Source of the DNA: Octopus sinensis
Taxonomy: Eukaryota
Direction of reading: 5' to 3'
DNA length: 64,000 bases
NCBI RefSeq assembly: GCF_006345805.1
Contig: NC_043010.1
Span: 54,622,001 to 54,686,000 of the forward strand
Below, piece after piece: positions 26,669-40,900 of this stretch (position 1 is its first letter; each line of letters begins with the position of its first letter). The notes beneath the pieces are model-generated. The model did no database searches. It was not told where the DNA came from and saw nothing but the letters and a program-made list of their open reading frames with translations. The position numbers and the translations under genes were made by a program.

Positions 26669-27493
26669 TGGATGTATTTATACATTGTATATATATACAT
26701 ACAAATATATGTTGTTAATATTAATTATTAGTACTACCGGTATTGCTATTATTATTATTATTATGATAAAATCTGTACACATCTACACACACACACACAC
26801 ACACACAGAGAGAAATACATAGTCAAGCACTCATGCACAGGGACACAGACACACAAATACAAGTGTGCAGGAACACACATGGCTATATATATCTGTATAT
26901 ATATAGAGAGATATATATATATAGAGAGATATACACTCACACACACGCACGCATTATATATATATATATTATACATAAGTACGTGTGAGCGTATGTTTGT
27001 GAGTATGCATATGCGTGTGCATGCATGTGCACGTATGTGTGTATTGGTGCCAGTATGTATCCACACGTCTGTGTGCATTCAGACTACATATTTCTCGTTA
27101 TCAGAAAACAAATATAAATAATCTACAACGAAAATATAATTACAACCAAAATAATAAAATAAAATAAAATATATTTCAAATACGATAATATGATGGTAGT
27201 TAAAATGCAATATAACTAAGTCATATAACGTAAAATGGAAATTGTCCATGTTTACTTAGAATGGATTTAGAAAACGATATGATTTTTATAGATGTAGCGA
27301 TGGGAGATAATATTGTTTTTCGACTTGATTGTTCAGCCAAAGCAAATATCTTTTACAATTATTATCGGCGAAACAATTCGCCGTTATTAAAACGAATGAT
27401 AAGTGAAACCACATATTGAACGATATGTATGTGCTTGTATGTGTATACGTATATATATAAATGCGCATATGTATATATATATATATATATTAT

Positions 27494-27528
<35 letters not shown>

Positions 27529-27606
27529 TATTATATAGAAATATGCGTGTGCGTATATATATATATATATGTATATATCTATATATATATTATATATGTG
27601 TGCGTG

Positions 27607-27725
<119 letters not shown>

Positions 27726-29037
27726 TATATGTATATATATATATATGTGGTACGTGTGTGAAATAGAGAAAACTCTTTTTGGTTGTTTTATAGACACAAA
27801 TGTTGAAACAGACAACCCAGAAGATCAAGAATTCTTGAGAGAGTGTGAAAAGGAGAAAGCGGGTGAGAGAGAAAGAGAGGCAGGGGAAAACAAAGTGAGA
27901 AAGGAATAGAAGTGTATGAATAAAGAATAAGATACGGGGGAAGGTGAGGAGTATATTTTGGTTGCCAGCTCTATACACTTTGAGATACATTAATAGTGAG
28001 AAACAGAATGAACAACCAAGTGGAGCAAAGTAAAGGAGCGACAGGGAAGATTACAATGTTAATAATATATGTAGAGACACAAGAGGATGAATGAGACGTA
28101 GAAAGAACAAATACGAGTAAGAGCAGGGATATGGAAGGAAATGTCGTTGAAAAAGAAAAGGGGTAAGAGAAAAATGTGTACGTAGAGTTAGAAAGAGGGG
28201 TGAAGGTACCAAATATAGAATGAGCGAGTATAGGTTTAATCGGAGTACACAGATGAGAAAAACGTCATAAAGTGAGGGTAGAGAGAGAAGTGAACGAGGG
28301 AAGAGAGAATTAGAGGAGAGATTGGCCAAGAAAAAATATTGAGTCTCCTGTATATGTCTCGTATATTTTCCCTTACCTATGAGAATAAAACTGACCTCAA
28401 GAGGACGAATATCTGAGGCACCAGAACTAACAGTACAATGCTCTTTTTCAGCGCTCTCAGTAATCTCCCAGTGTACCATTTCTTTGTAATATGAGGACAG
28501 GAATCGTCAGCCGAACAAAGACTGGGTCATATCGACCACAATATTTCACAATAAGATACTTATATCTACCCTGAAAGAAATAACGCGATAATATTTCGAC
28601 CTCAGATGCTAAAGAGTATTACAAAGAACAACAAAGTATTTCATTGGTTATATTACGGATTCCGCCGCTCACTAACTTTCGATCTAAAAGACAGAGCTGC
28701 TTTTAATACATAATTCGAAGCTATTCTCCTTATGCGATAGCATTGCAAGCCAGAAAAAAGTTAATACACTATCTATAAATACTGCGAGCTTGCGGATCTC
28801 TTTTTGTGTCACATTACACAAACAAGCAGCATTGATATCACTTCTGTGTTGATCTCCTTGACCCTGGCTCTGAAGTATATTGCATTTGTTAACACTATAG
28901 CTTGCTCGTTTAAAAACCGCATTCATTAAATGTGTCGTATTGATAATGCTCATTTCACAATAGAGATGCCGTTAATGTATAATTAGAATATCTATTATAT
29001 AAAATCCGTTCTGAATGTGTGGGCGTGTGTCTTCTAG

Positions 29038-29132
29038 GATCTCGAGCATCTTCCATTCGATTGAGCTCAAAGTTGATATGTAGATACCGACGGTATCAGG
29101 ACGTGTATAAGTCTTCCAAAAATCGATGCCAG
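29038..29132 (+). CDS. Weak candidate exon
   Basis: Acceptor gtcttctag|, donor ccag|gtgaga; one open frame SRASSIRLSSKLICRYRRYQDVYKSSKNRCQ. No recognised homology. Confidence 0.25.
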
Positions 29133-30184
29133 GTGAGATTGCGATTGATAAAGCCGTGGGAACGTGCATTTGTACGCGTCAGTACACCAGCTGCTGCAAT
29201 GTACTTACTGGTACTTTAAACTCTTTGGTTGCATTCGTATTTATATGAAATCATTTAACACACTTTGAATTTAAAAACTAGTCTTTCACTATGAGATGTT
29301 TACATATCTGCGTACTTCAGAAAACAGCCATTCTTATGGCCACTCTTGTCAAAAATATTCAATTTCTATTGGTAGTGATTTCCGAAATACTCTCTTAACG
29401 AGCTACATAAAGCAAGCAAACTGCCTTCGCATCAGGTAAGATAACGATTTCTTTCATGCCCACAGCAATTAATGTATTTATCGTAGTAGTAATTGAATAG
29501 GTAAAAACCTGCTCATTGAGTATTCATCAGAAGTTAAAATAACGATGGATACTATCGTTGGCAAACCGACAACTTCGACCACACAATCATATTTTTATTC
29601 CTTGGAAATTACGTCCTCATAAAAACCAGGCATTTTATAGCAGTGGCTTTAGCAACAACGTCGTAGAGGGAAGACAGAATCATATAACGATAACTACATA
29701 GGAATTGTATGTGCTGTATAACTGATATATGCTTATGTGCATATATATGTATATGTATGTATGTATACATGTATATCTGAATGTATGTATCTATCTTTGT
29801 ATAAATGCATATATGTATGTACATATGTATGTGTATATATGTATGTATATATGTATGTGTGTATATATGTATGTATAAAAATCAATAGACGAAATACCGC
29901 TGCATCGTAGCGTTTAATAGCACGTACATATTATGTGTGATGCTTCAAACACATTTGGAGAACTATAATTGTATATGCATAAGCTCTCTCGCACACACGA
30001 ACGCACACTCAAACATATACATATACACATGCATATATATATATACACTTATATATGTATATATATATGTTTCTATATCTATATATGTGTGCATATATAT
30101 ACAGATATATATATGAGTGTGTATATGTATATATATATATGTATATATAAACATACATGCATACAACACACACACACACACACA

Positions 30185-30258
<74 letters not shown>

Positions 30259-30904
30259 TCTAAATCACCATGTGTATGATACCCTCCTTTTACGAAAATT
30301 GAGATTAAAATTACTGGTGCGTTGAATTCATACTATCAGACAGCAATTATTTTCCAAACCATATTTATGGAAAAGAAAAAAAAAATTACAATGAAGTACA
30401 AAAATATACTGTTTTAGATTCTCTTCTTTTTCATTACGTATATATATATATATATCATCACCATCACATAGCATGAAAAACTACAATATTAATTTATATC
30501 ATATGTGTAATACTTCATGCTAAAAATTGAGTTAAGGTATTTTATGAACGATTAGGTCCAAAATTTGAATGCTATACATAGTCGAGTTTAATACATACGT
30601 CTCGTCACTGTATGTGAGTTTGTTGCTCGTGGTCCACGGATCATTAATTAAAACTCTATGTATACTGCGTCTGGTGAAATGAAGAGAGAATCATACTTCT
30701 ACTGGAGACCTGGTTCCGTGTGACATACGCAATGCACAGTGTTGTGCCACACAACATATTTTTCGACCATAAACACAAACATTACATCACATGCCGCTGA
30801 AATATTCTACCTTAAAAAATTTCGTAAGATGATCTAACACACACACACACATACGGGTGTGTATTTGTATATGTTTGTGCGCGCTCTTGTATATATAAAG
30901 TGGT

Positions 30905-31255
30905 GATCCGTCGGTTATGACGATGAGTATTCCAACTGATCCCATCGACGGAACAGCCTGCTTGTGAGATTAACGTGCAAGTGACTGAGGGCTCCACAGA
31001 TATGTGTATCCATGACGTAGTTGATTCAGCGTGACACAGAATGTGACAAGGTTGCTCCTTTGAAATACAGGTACAACAGAAAGAGGAAGAACGACTGAGA
31101 GAAAGTTGTGGCGAAAGAGTAAAGCAGGATTCCTCACTCCCCCCTGCCGGTGCAAAGTGGAGCTTTAGGTGTTTTCGCTAAATAAACACTCACAACACAA
31201 CCGGTCTGGGAATCGAAACCGCGAATCTGCTGCTCTAATCCCTGTGCCATTGCAC
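30905..31255 (-). mobile_element. SINE family C with tail C
   Basis: Reverse alignment to 63084-63469. Confidence 0.85.
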
Positions 31256-31259
31256 TTTC

Positions 31260-31314
<55 letters not shown>

Positions 31315-31567
31315 ATATATATATATATATATATGCAGACACACACAAAGTACAGGGTTTAGTTCACAGGTGATCTAAACGATTAGGTACTCTAGGTATG
31401 TGCTGTAACGGATTACTAGGGATCCAAGGTTATAGCCGAGACGGTAGTTATGGAGCCATTGCAGATTTCCGATGCAACGGATATATAATTCTTAAACAGG
31501 ATGTTAAACATTAAGGCAAGGGAAACATCTCAAGTCATATACAATATTATTACAAGAAGAATTCAAC

Positions 31568-31623
31568 ATATTACAGCTGTTTTTGAGATATCCCCGAGTA
31601 TGGGCTATTCCGTCATCAGAGAC
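31568..31623 (-). ncRNA. Decayed hammerhead, sibling of 4323-4374
   Basis: gtct-CTGATGA-cggaatagccc..gggatatctc-AAAAA-cagctg-TA; G12 lost and stem I broken. Confidence 0.5.
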
Positions 31624-32827
31624 AAATTGGGGAAAAATATGGAAACTGAGAATAGTATATATATCAATAAGACGATAACATAGGAGAAAGAAGTAAAAGA
31701 ATAAGTTGATGAAAAAACAGAAACTAGGAAGAATAATGTACATTTATACATATATATATGTGTGTATGTGTGTGTTGATTGCTTGTTGTCTGGCGTTTTA
31801 TCATCATCAATTACTTTTGATTTATTGAGGATTGTATGAATGATTGCCCTCACTGCCTATGACATTTCTCTATTCTCTCTCAGTATGTGCTAAATGAAAT
31901 CAAACAATTCATCATCTAGTAAATACTAAAACGTAACAGGCTTCTTCGTGGTTCGGTGAAAATAGAGATTTCGGATGTACTAACTTTACGTAAATGTATT
32001 GCGGAAAATAAAATGCAAGAGTCCATTTGTTTTAAATGTTAACCAGAGTTGCGAATAAAATATAGCTTATTGTTCCTCACGATCTATTAACTTTGATACA
32101 AACCAATGACTTCTGTAACAGTGTCTGAAATGAAAACTATTACATGAATTCAATAGTGTTTGGTCTTAAAATCATATTATAGATGGAACTGTGAGTTACC
32201 AAAGGCATTAACTGGTGAGGGATCTTCCAAAAAGCCATCATAAAATGAAAACCATCAGATGCTGTATTATTGGTATGGACATAAGTATGCTTGTTTGGAG
32301 GAGTTTTAGTTTTTAAAAAGCAATAAATATTTATATGAATACGCCTTCAGTATTAATCAATAAATAATCTTGTACTGATTGTATTAGCTTTTTTTTATTT
32401 AAGATATTTATTAATCTATAATCATAATAATTTTATATTTAATATATTCCAAAATTATTTTTCGTCAACAATTTAAGTACCTTCGGAAATATATCGTAAT
32501 GATGTTCGCATCAAAATAACGGATCTTATTAAAACAGTGAACTCTATGAATGGATAGCGATATAGCATCTTATCTGAGAGAATAGAAATCAAACTAAAAT
32601 GAGTGTAAACTATTCTAATATACAATTACAAAATAAATAATATAACACAGCGAAAAGTAATAAAACCGTAATTCGTTTCATTGTTATATATTGCTTAATG
32701 AAATTTCACTTAGATCTTCCCGAATCATTTTTGTCATCTTCAATTTTGTTTCTCCAGAACATCGAATATATTAATTACAATAATTTCCCTACAATTACAC
32801 CCCAACCCATATATATATATATATATA

Positions 32828-32912
<85 letters not shown>

Positions 32913-32996
32913 ATGTATATGACATTAATAAGTTTGAAATCATGTTTATTTTTAATACCAATGTACCTGAATAAATTTAATATTATTTACTAATAA

Positions 32997-33575
32997 GGCG
33001 GCGAGCTGGCAGAAGCGTTAGCACGCCGGGCAAAATTATTAGCGGTATTTCGTCTGCGTTACGTTGTGAGTTCAAATTCCGCCGAGGTCGACTTTGCCTT
33101 TCATCCTTTCGGGGTCGATAAATTAAGTACCAGTTACGCACTGGGGTCGATGTAATCGACTTAATACCTATGTCAGTCCTTGTTTGTCCCCTCTGGGTTT
33201 AGCACCTTGTGGGTAATAAAGAAATTGGTATTTCGTCTGTCTTTACGTTCGGACTTCAAATTCCACCTAGGTCGACTTTGCCTTTCCGTGTCGATAAACT
33301 ATGTACCAGTTACGCACTGGGGACGATGTAATCGACTTAATACCTTTGTCTGTCCTTGTTTGTCCCCTCTATGTTTACCCCCTTGTGGGCAATAAAAATA
33401 TAAGAAACGTTAGCACGACGGGCGAAATGCTTAGCAGTATTTGTTTTACATTCTGCGGTCGACTTTGCCTTTCATCTTTTCGGAGTTTACAAATTAAGTA
33501 CCAGTTGCATACTGTGGTTGATCTAATCAACTGGCCCCCTCTCCTCAAATTTCCAGCCTTGTTCCTAGAGGAGAG
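32997..33575 (+). mobile_element. SINE family A trimer (full, 5'-truncated, older relative)
   Basis: Tail-to-GGTATTTC junction at 33227; third unit from ~33403 has a different tail. Confidence 0.9.
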
Positions 33576-34657
33576 AAAAAATTAACTAACGTCGTGCAAT
33601 GAGCTGGCAGGATGGCTTATGTGTTGGAAAACAATCTTTGCGACATTTTCCGCTGTCTTGAGTTCTGTGTTTAAATGTCACTGAGGCAAACTTGACGTTG
33701 CTAATATTGCTTCTACTTCGAAGAAAAACTGTCTACAATATTTTTTTTTTAACGTTCTGTGTTTAAATTCTGCAGGGATAAACGCAAGGCGGACATCTGG
33801 CAAAAATGTTTAGTGCCGATCAAAATGTGATGAGATTTTTTCGGGATTTGCTACGGCGCCGATAACGTCGATGTCATCTCAGTATTCCATTATTTCAAGC
33901 TCAATAAAACACAAAATAATGTCAAGGATTACCAATACTGTAAGGATATGGGAGCGGATATGTTGGAGCATTTGCTCCGACATTCTTTGCTTTATTGTTC
34001 TTTTTGTTTATTTGTTCTTTTTGTTTAGAAAATTAGTTGATACCATTGATACCATCTTTTATAACAGAAAAATAAAGGAAAAATAATCGTGTTCATAATA
34101 GACAGACAACGATTTCAGCCCTGCATATTCAGAGAAAATATTTTTAGTACATTAATCATATATTAAATGCTCAATTGCGTCTACAGGATCAGAAGTTATT
34201 TCGAGGAATTTATTTGAAAGAAAGCCAATATATTATGTGCCACAATTTAGTCAATGTTTGAAAAGACATTTTCTTGCCAAACAACAGATGTGGCATATTA
34301 TAATTTTCTATTTTCTCTTTGAATGTTTTCTATTTTCTTTATTTTGTCTTTTTATACACTTTTATTTGGTAATAACTAAACAACAGGGGAGGACATGTCT
34401 CGTTTTAATAATTACGTATTATGAACGTGTTGTTAACACAAATTCTCATGGCTTGTTTTTTTAATTTGTAATTATTTGACGATATATATTAGAGCTTCAT
34501 TTCCATTACAACGTTTGTAATAATTTTTAATAAAGAACGTGTGAAATATTGTTAGGTTTCGTTGCAGCTGATTCACCTGTCAAGACTTACAAAATGTTCG
34601 GTATAGAGAGGCTTTCTTTCCACGTTTTTTCTTTAGTATACGGTTTTATTTCCATGT

Positions 34658-34952
34658 GGCGGCGCAATAGCCCAGTGGTTAGGGCAGCGGACTCGTGATC
34701 GGAGCGATCGCGGTTTCGATTCCCAGACCGGGCGTTCTTTGTGTTTATTGAGCAAAAACACTTAAAAGCTCCTCGATTCTCCGGCAGCGGGTGGTGGGGA
34801 CCCCTGTTGTACTCCTTCGCCACAATTTTCTCTCACTCTATCTTCATGTCTCTTGAGCAACGCTGCGATGGACTGGCGTCCCGTCCAGCTGAGGGAATAC
34901 ATACGCTCTAGAAACCGGGAAACCGGGCCCATGAGCCTGGCTAGGCTTGAAA
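34658..34952 (+). mobile_element. SINE with family C head and tail D
   Basis: Head matches 63084; tail matches 15406-15640. Confidence 0.85.
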
Positions 34953-36212
34953 ACTGTGAAATTTATCGCTTTATATGTTTTTTCCGATTTAACGTTTCTT
35001 CAAAATATACTAATGAATTCTACTATTTATTACTTGATGTAAACTTTATTATACGGCTTAATTAGCGCCCAGTTTTATATGAACTACTTCTTTATGGATA
35101 AGGAATCTACTATTTATTGTACAAATCTCTTCTTAGTTAAAAGAAGCTAAAATTGTCATACAAACTGCTGTTAGCTTGTTTGTGTCCAAACGCCTTCTAG
35201 AGTTTTCTTGTTAATTTCTTGTACACTCTGTCGTCCTGTAAGCCTAATTGATATCTTGTGTGAATATTTCATTTAGGGTTGGTTTTTCAAATCGTATGAT
35301 AATGCTTGGGAACGTTTTCCTGTCGAACCTCTTCCTTTTACTTAACTCTCCGATTATGATGTTAAATCAGTATTAATATGTGGGATGGATACAATAGGGA
35401 ATTTATGAATATATTTATATTTGTAGTTGTGAGTTTAGATGTTGGCGGTATTCACATTAATCTCTAGCATACTTTTTCTAACATCCTCCGCTGGCATTAG
35501 CTTTTGAGTTTCAGTTTTCCTTAGTATTTTCGTCAGGTTTGCTCTCCTCTAATTTTCTGTGGATTACGTTTGTATTTAACTGCTTTTTCTCAAACTTAAT
35601 TAGTTCTCTTCCAGTAGATTTGGCACAGCTCTAGTTTCATAATTATCTTAACCTCAAGGTCTGTTTTTCTAAAGAATTGTAAATAGATTTTTCAAATGAC
35701 GATTAAATCACTAAAAAGATACGTTCCGGTCACTATCCATAGGAATACTATCGCATGTCTCTGTCGGGTTTCCGTTTCTGTAATGGCCTACACTTCACAG
35801 AAATGATTGGTCTGGCATATCATAAATTCAGGCAGCACCGACAGACTTGTTCTATATATTGTCCCGAACTGCTCGAACCTGCTGCAAACACTCATCAATC
35901 CCTGTTCTTAAGAAGTTCATCTTTCGAAAATTTTCTTTCTTATCCTACTGTTTCTGCAGGCGTTGATCTGCGGATAGTTTAAAACAAATATTATGGGCTT
36001 CACACCAATTAGATTCTTACATTAATCTCTTATATATATATATATATATGAGAGTATTGTAGTTCGCTTGAAGCATTGTGTATTGTTTATTGTGAAATGA
36101 AAGAACAGTGTAGAGTAGACTATTATAACTGTTATAATTCAATTATACAGCGTCTGATATAATATTTTACCGTTGGAAAACAGATTATAGCAGTGACTCG
36201 ATCAATTCATAG

Positions 36213-36256
36213 CGAAATCTGAAGAAGGAATAATTATATTCCGAAATATTATATCG
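36213..36256 (+). ncRNA. Minimal type I hammerhead ribozyme fold
   Basis: cgaaat-CTGAAGA-a-ggaata[atta]tattcc-GAAA-ta-TT-atatcg. 6-bp stem II, stem I with one mismatch; ends just before (TA)n. Confidence 0.6.
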
Positions 36257-37193
36257 GACTATATATATATATATATGCACACAATGGTACGTCTACGTTA
36301 TTAAACAATCCAATATTGTCGTAAACATGATCTCCAGGTAGCTTTTTAAATCATATATTATCTAAACCGTTATATGTTTTTCAGTTCTATCTAACAAGAG
36401 GTATGCAAAATTTTATACTCTACAATCGGTTAGTTGGCAAGATAAGAACAGTCTATGATCATTGAAGAAAGCTTTCAAAATAATTAGTATATCAGATGTT
36501 TCTACTTGTGTGTAGCGGACAGACAAATTCTTCCACTAATATAGCTAATTTTAAATCTTGCTTGTGTTGATAAACGACCTAAAAACTGCGAGTAAATTTA
36601 GAAGCAATATTGTCAGAAGGCATATATAGACAGCATTCATGTTATTACAACGGTTTAAAACATCTTTTTTGTTAGTGCTCTCTCTCTATACAAACGCAAT
36701 AAATTTCTGCAACGTTTCTGTAGTCGCAGTGTTCTTGGTTTGTCAACTTACGTCTTATATTTTAAATTAGTTTCTTCGTCTCGAAAATAGAATGTACTCT
36801 ATTTAATCCCTGAACATTGTGGTGTTATCAATTTATATCCTTCAGTACCTTTCTCAATTTTCTTCGATTCCAAAATAGACATCTCAGAAAGAGTGACGCA
36901 ACTGAAAAGGAAAAGAATTAGAAATTGACGTTGCCGGTTTCCTCAATACTTTATAGAAACGTAGATTATATTTTTTACATACATGTATGTATATTCGCAA
37001 TGAGAGATCGGCATAATAGCTCGCCAGCCACTATACCTCTTTCTATTTTCTCCCACTGTTTATTTCTATGTTCCTTTCCGTTGAAGAGCGTAGGCTCGAA
37101 ACATAAAAGACATTCTCTCTCCCCCAGCGTTAAACTAATACATCTGTTTGTTGTTTACACATCCGTTTCGTCTTTTGATTTTTTTGTAAATTC

Positions 37194-37250
<57 letters not shown>

Positions 37251-37437
37251 GTATATTCATACATGCATACATACACGTAGTGTCTGTACTATATTTATGC
37301 GTGTGACTCGCTTGTCTCTGCATGCGTAAATTCTGTGAATGGTCTTGTTTTTGCGTATACGAGAAAGTAGACCACAAAACCATGCAGAAACTGATGCACA
37401 CAGCCATACACACACATTCACACAACACAATCACACG

Positions 37438-37488
<51 letters not shown>

Positions 37489-38081
37489 TGGGAAGGTTCA
37501 TAGTTTCTCCGAGATTTTCGCCAAAAGCTAGCCTTTGAAGATGAAAGCCAGTTCGCAAAGCCATTCTTTGATTAAATTTCTCAGAAATATCCTACTTCCT
37601 TACAGTAAATATTTGCTTGTAAACCCTGAAATAAGTACTTTGTTCTAGTAATGTGTGTTACTTTCATGTATTTACGACCACGTGTATAATTATTATTGTT
37701 GTTGTTCTCTTCTTCTTCTTAATATTATCATGATCATCATCATGATTATCATCTTCATCGTCGTTTTCATCATCATCATCTTCATCATCATCATCATCAT
37801 TATCATCATTATTATTATTATTATTATTATCATTTTGTTATTATTATTCTATTATTATTATTATTATTATTATTATTATCATCATTATTATTATATTATT
37901 ATTATTATCATCTCATTAGTACAAGTAATTTAGTAGGGGAGAGGGAAGGGTAACACACACATATATATATATATAACGTATATGCTTAGTGTATGGGAAA
38001 GTTAAAAGAGAGACAGATAGCGAGAGAACGGTGCGGCAGGATTTAGAGAAATAAAGATGTGTGTATATATATATTATAATA

Positions 38082-38128
<47 letters not shown>

Positions 38129-39091
38129 ATAGGTATGTGTATACTTGTATGTGTGTGTGTGTGCATGTGATCGATTTAATAGACAATTACAATATTTTAG
38201 TAGCCTTAGTCTGTATAAAATCTTGGTGAAACTACATTCTCAGATTTTCAGTAATATTGATTTGTATATAAACACTCGGAATAAAAGAGCTTGCGTAGGT
38301 TTAACCTCACCAAAGCTGATTAGATCTATCTAAAGATTTATCTAGATTCCCAAATGATAATAGGCATATTTGATGTCGATATGCTTCATAAAATCGTAGA
38401 ACTTGTTTAAAACTAATGGTAGAAATTACCTGCTAATCTATGGACACTGAATTGCTAGTTTGTATGTGGTCTTTCAAAGTTTCTTCCTTTGTAAACCGTT
38501 GCGGAGTACGTATACGTAATTGAGTCATATGGTCTGTGTCATTTTGTATAATGTTTAGCTTAGGCAAATTGCTTCATATTCAATACCAGCTGATTAACGT
38601 TTCATAGTCGCATTTGAGTAATATTTTACCCAACATGTTTTCTTTTGTTTATTCCAGAATAAGTTGTGTTATATAAAAATATGATCTAGAGATATCGAGC
38701 AATGAGTTTCAAACATTTCTTCAAGTAAAGTGCCTTATAAAACTGTCTTATCAAATGTAATGCAACTCAGTTTTATTAACAGTAGAATGCACTTTGGGAA
38801 ATATCTGTCCCCGTATTTTGTGACGCGAAATAATATTGGTACCGATCCACTTCTCGAAGTCCATATATCAACTCTCCGTGTGTATTGCGTTGCTTATCCC
38901 TATTGGTCGATTTTTTTTCCTTTTCCTTTTATTTTTTATCCCCCTTTTTTTTTGCTTTCCTCTTTCTTTCCTTTTACGATCCCTTTTGATCGAAAACCAA
39001 ACCCCCTTTTTTATCCCCAAAAGAAAAGCTCTACCTCGAAATTTGTCCCGTCTGTGTGCAACCCTGCGTGGCTAATAAAGAAACATATTAA

Positions 39092-39448
39092 TAGTTATCG
39101 CGAAGCTAATATGGCAGTACTGATATAAAGGACGAATGCTGTCGTTAATTAGCTCCAAGAGGCCATCGCTTCTAGCTGGCTATGTGACACACGAACCTGT
39201 GTCTATTATAACCTTCGAACAGAGGAGGTCAGGCGTCAGCTGACTAATTTCAGGGTATTTGCTCTTTATCAATACAGAGCAGACGCCTGACCAGCAAGGG
39301 GAAGCGGCTGACCTCCTCTGTTCGAAGATTATAATAGACACAGGTTCGTGTGTCACATAGCTAGCTAGAAGCGATGGCCACTTGGAGCTCATCAACGGCA
39401 GCATTCGTCCTATATTTCGGGACTGCCATATTAGCTTGGCGATAACTA
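39092..39448. mobile_element. MITE-like foldback element, ~141-bp TIRs, TAG...CTA termini
   Basis: Arms 39092-39232 and 39308-39448, about 90% complementary by eye; flanked by TTAA on both sides. Confidence 0.85.
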
Positions 39449-39494
39449 TTAATACTCATTACCGCTGCCGTAGTCTCCTTTAGAGAAACTTAGA

Positions 39495-39547
<53 letters not shown>

Positions 39548-39794
39548 TAATAATAATAATAATGTATATATATATATTGATATTGCGGTCTGGTTTCCTT
39601 AAATGCATCGCGTAAATGTGCGCATTTGTATGTGCTGAACAGTGTATGACCCACGCTGATTAACAAACGTGCATTATTGCGTTACAATGGAACGTTTACA
39701 TAAAATGTTATATTTAGTAAGAAAATGAATTCAGAATGATGAAATCTTTTAATGTGTTTTACTATTGATATATATATATAGTTCTAAAATGCAG

Positions 39795-39965
39795 GCGTGA
39801 CACCTTGGGCAAGGGGCACGTGACACTACTATAAGCCTTGGGCTGACCAAAGCCTTGTGAGTGGATTCGATAGACGGAAACTGAAAGAAGCCCGTCGTAT
39901 ATATGTATATATCAATCTATATATGTATGTATGTATGTGTGTGCGTCTGTGTGTGTATGTCGACA

Positions 39966-40003
<38 letters not shown>

Positions 40004-40180
40004 AGTGTGTGTGTGTATATTTGTGTGTCTGTGTTTGTCCCCCAACATCGCTTGACAACCGATGCTGGCGTGTTTACGTTCCTGTAACTTAGCGAGACCG
40101 ATAGAATAAGTACTAGGGTTACAAAGAATAAGTCCTGGGGTCAAATGACTGAAACACGTAAAGGAGAATAAAAGAGAGCC
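39795..40180 (+). mobile_element. SINE family B (5'-truncated, internal deletions)
   Basis: caccttgggcaag, gaaagaagcccgtcg, internal microsatellite, gtcaaatgactgaaac tail. Confidence 0.85.
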
Positions 40181-40199
40181 ATGCAAGATTATCAAAAGA

Positions 40200-40900
40200 A
40201 ATATCAGCGTTGAAAGCCTCATCATCGCAATCAACATCATGATCATCATTGGCATCGCCTTCGTTGATGTCCTCCTCATCATCCCCTTCATCATTATCAC
40301 ATCCATCACCCCTTACCTGATCTCTTTCCCCACCCTACACCATCACCTTCTGCCCTTCCTGTCTTCTTCAAATTTTCCTTCTTCTCCTTTTCTTCTTCTT
40401 CTTCTACTTCTTCTTTTCCTCCTCCTTATTTTCCTTCCTTTTCTTCTCCTACTTTTCTTCTTCTCCTTCTTTTCTTCTTCTCCTTCTTTTCTTCTTCTCC
40501 TTCTTTTTTTCTTATCCCTCTTTTCTTCTTTTCCTCCCCCTCCTCCTCCTGCACCTCCTCCTTCTTCTTCCTCTTCTTCTTGGTTTTATTATTATGCTGT
40601 ATGTTTAATAATAGCGCTTATCTTATTTCGGTTGTTACAGTAGCAGCACAATTAGTAGTAGTATTTACTATGCTACTACTACTACTACTACTATTATTAT
40701 TATTACTACTACTGCTTCTACTACTACGACGACGACGGGGTAGTAGTAGTAGTAGTTGTTGTAGTTGTTGTAGTAGCAGCAGCAACAGCAGTAGTAGTAG
40801 TAGTGGTAGTAGTAGTGGTAGTAGTAGTAGTAGTAGTAGTAGTAGCAGTAGTAGTAGTAGTAGTAGTAGTAGTAGCAGCAGTAGTTGTAGCCACAACACC
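40200..40900. repeat. Compound degenerate trinucleotide repeats (ATC, CTT, ACT/AGT)
   Basis: Direct reading; similar tracts at 37680-37920, 39496-39565 and 52490-52630. Confidence 0.95.

Noticed and set aside
35060-36030. Possible degenerate retroelement ORF on the minus strand
   Set aside because: No diagnostic motif could be read confidently.
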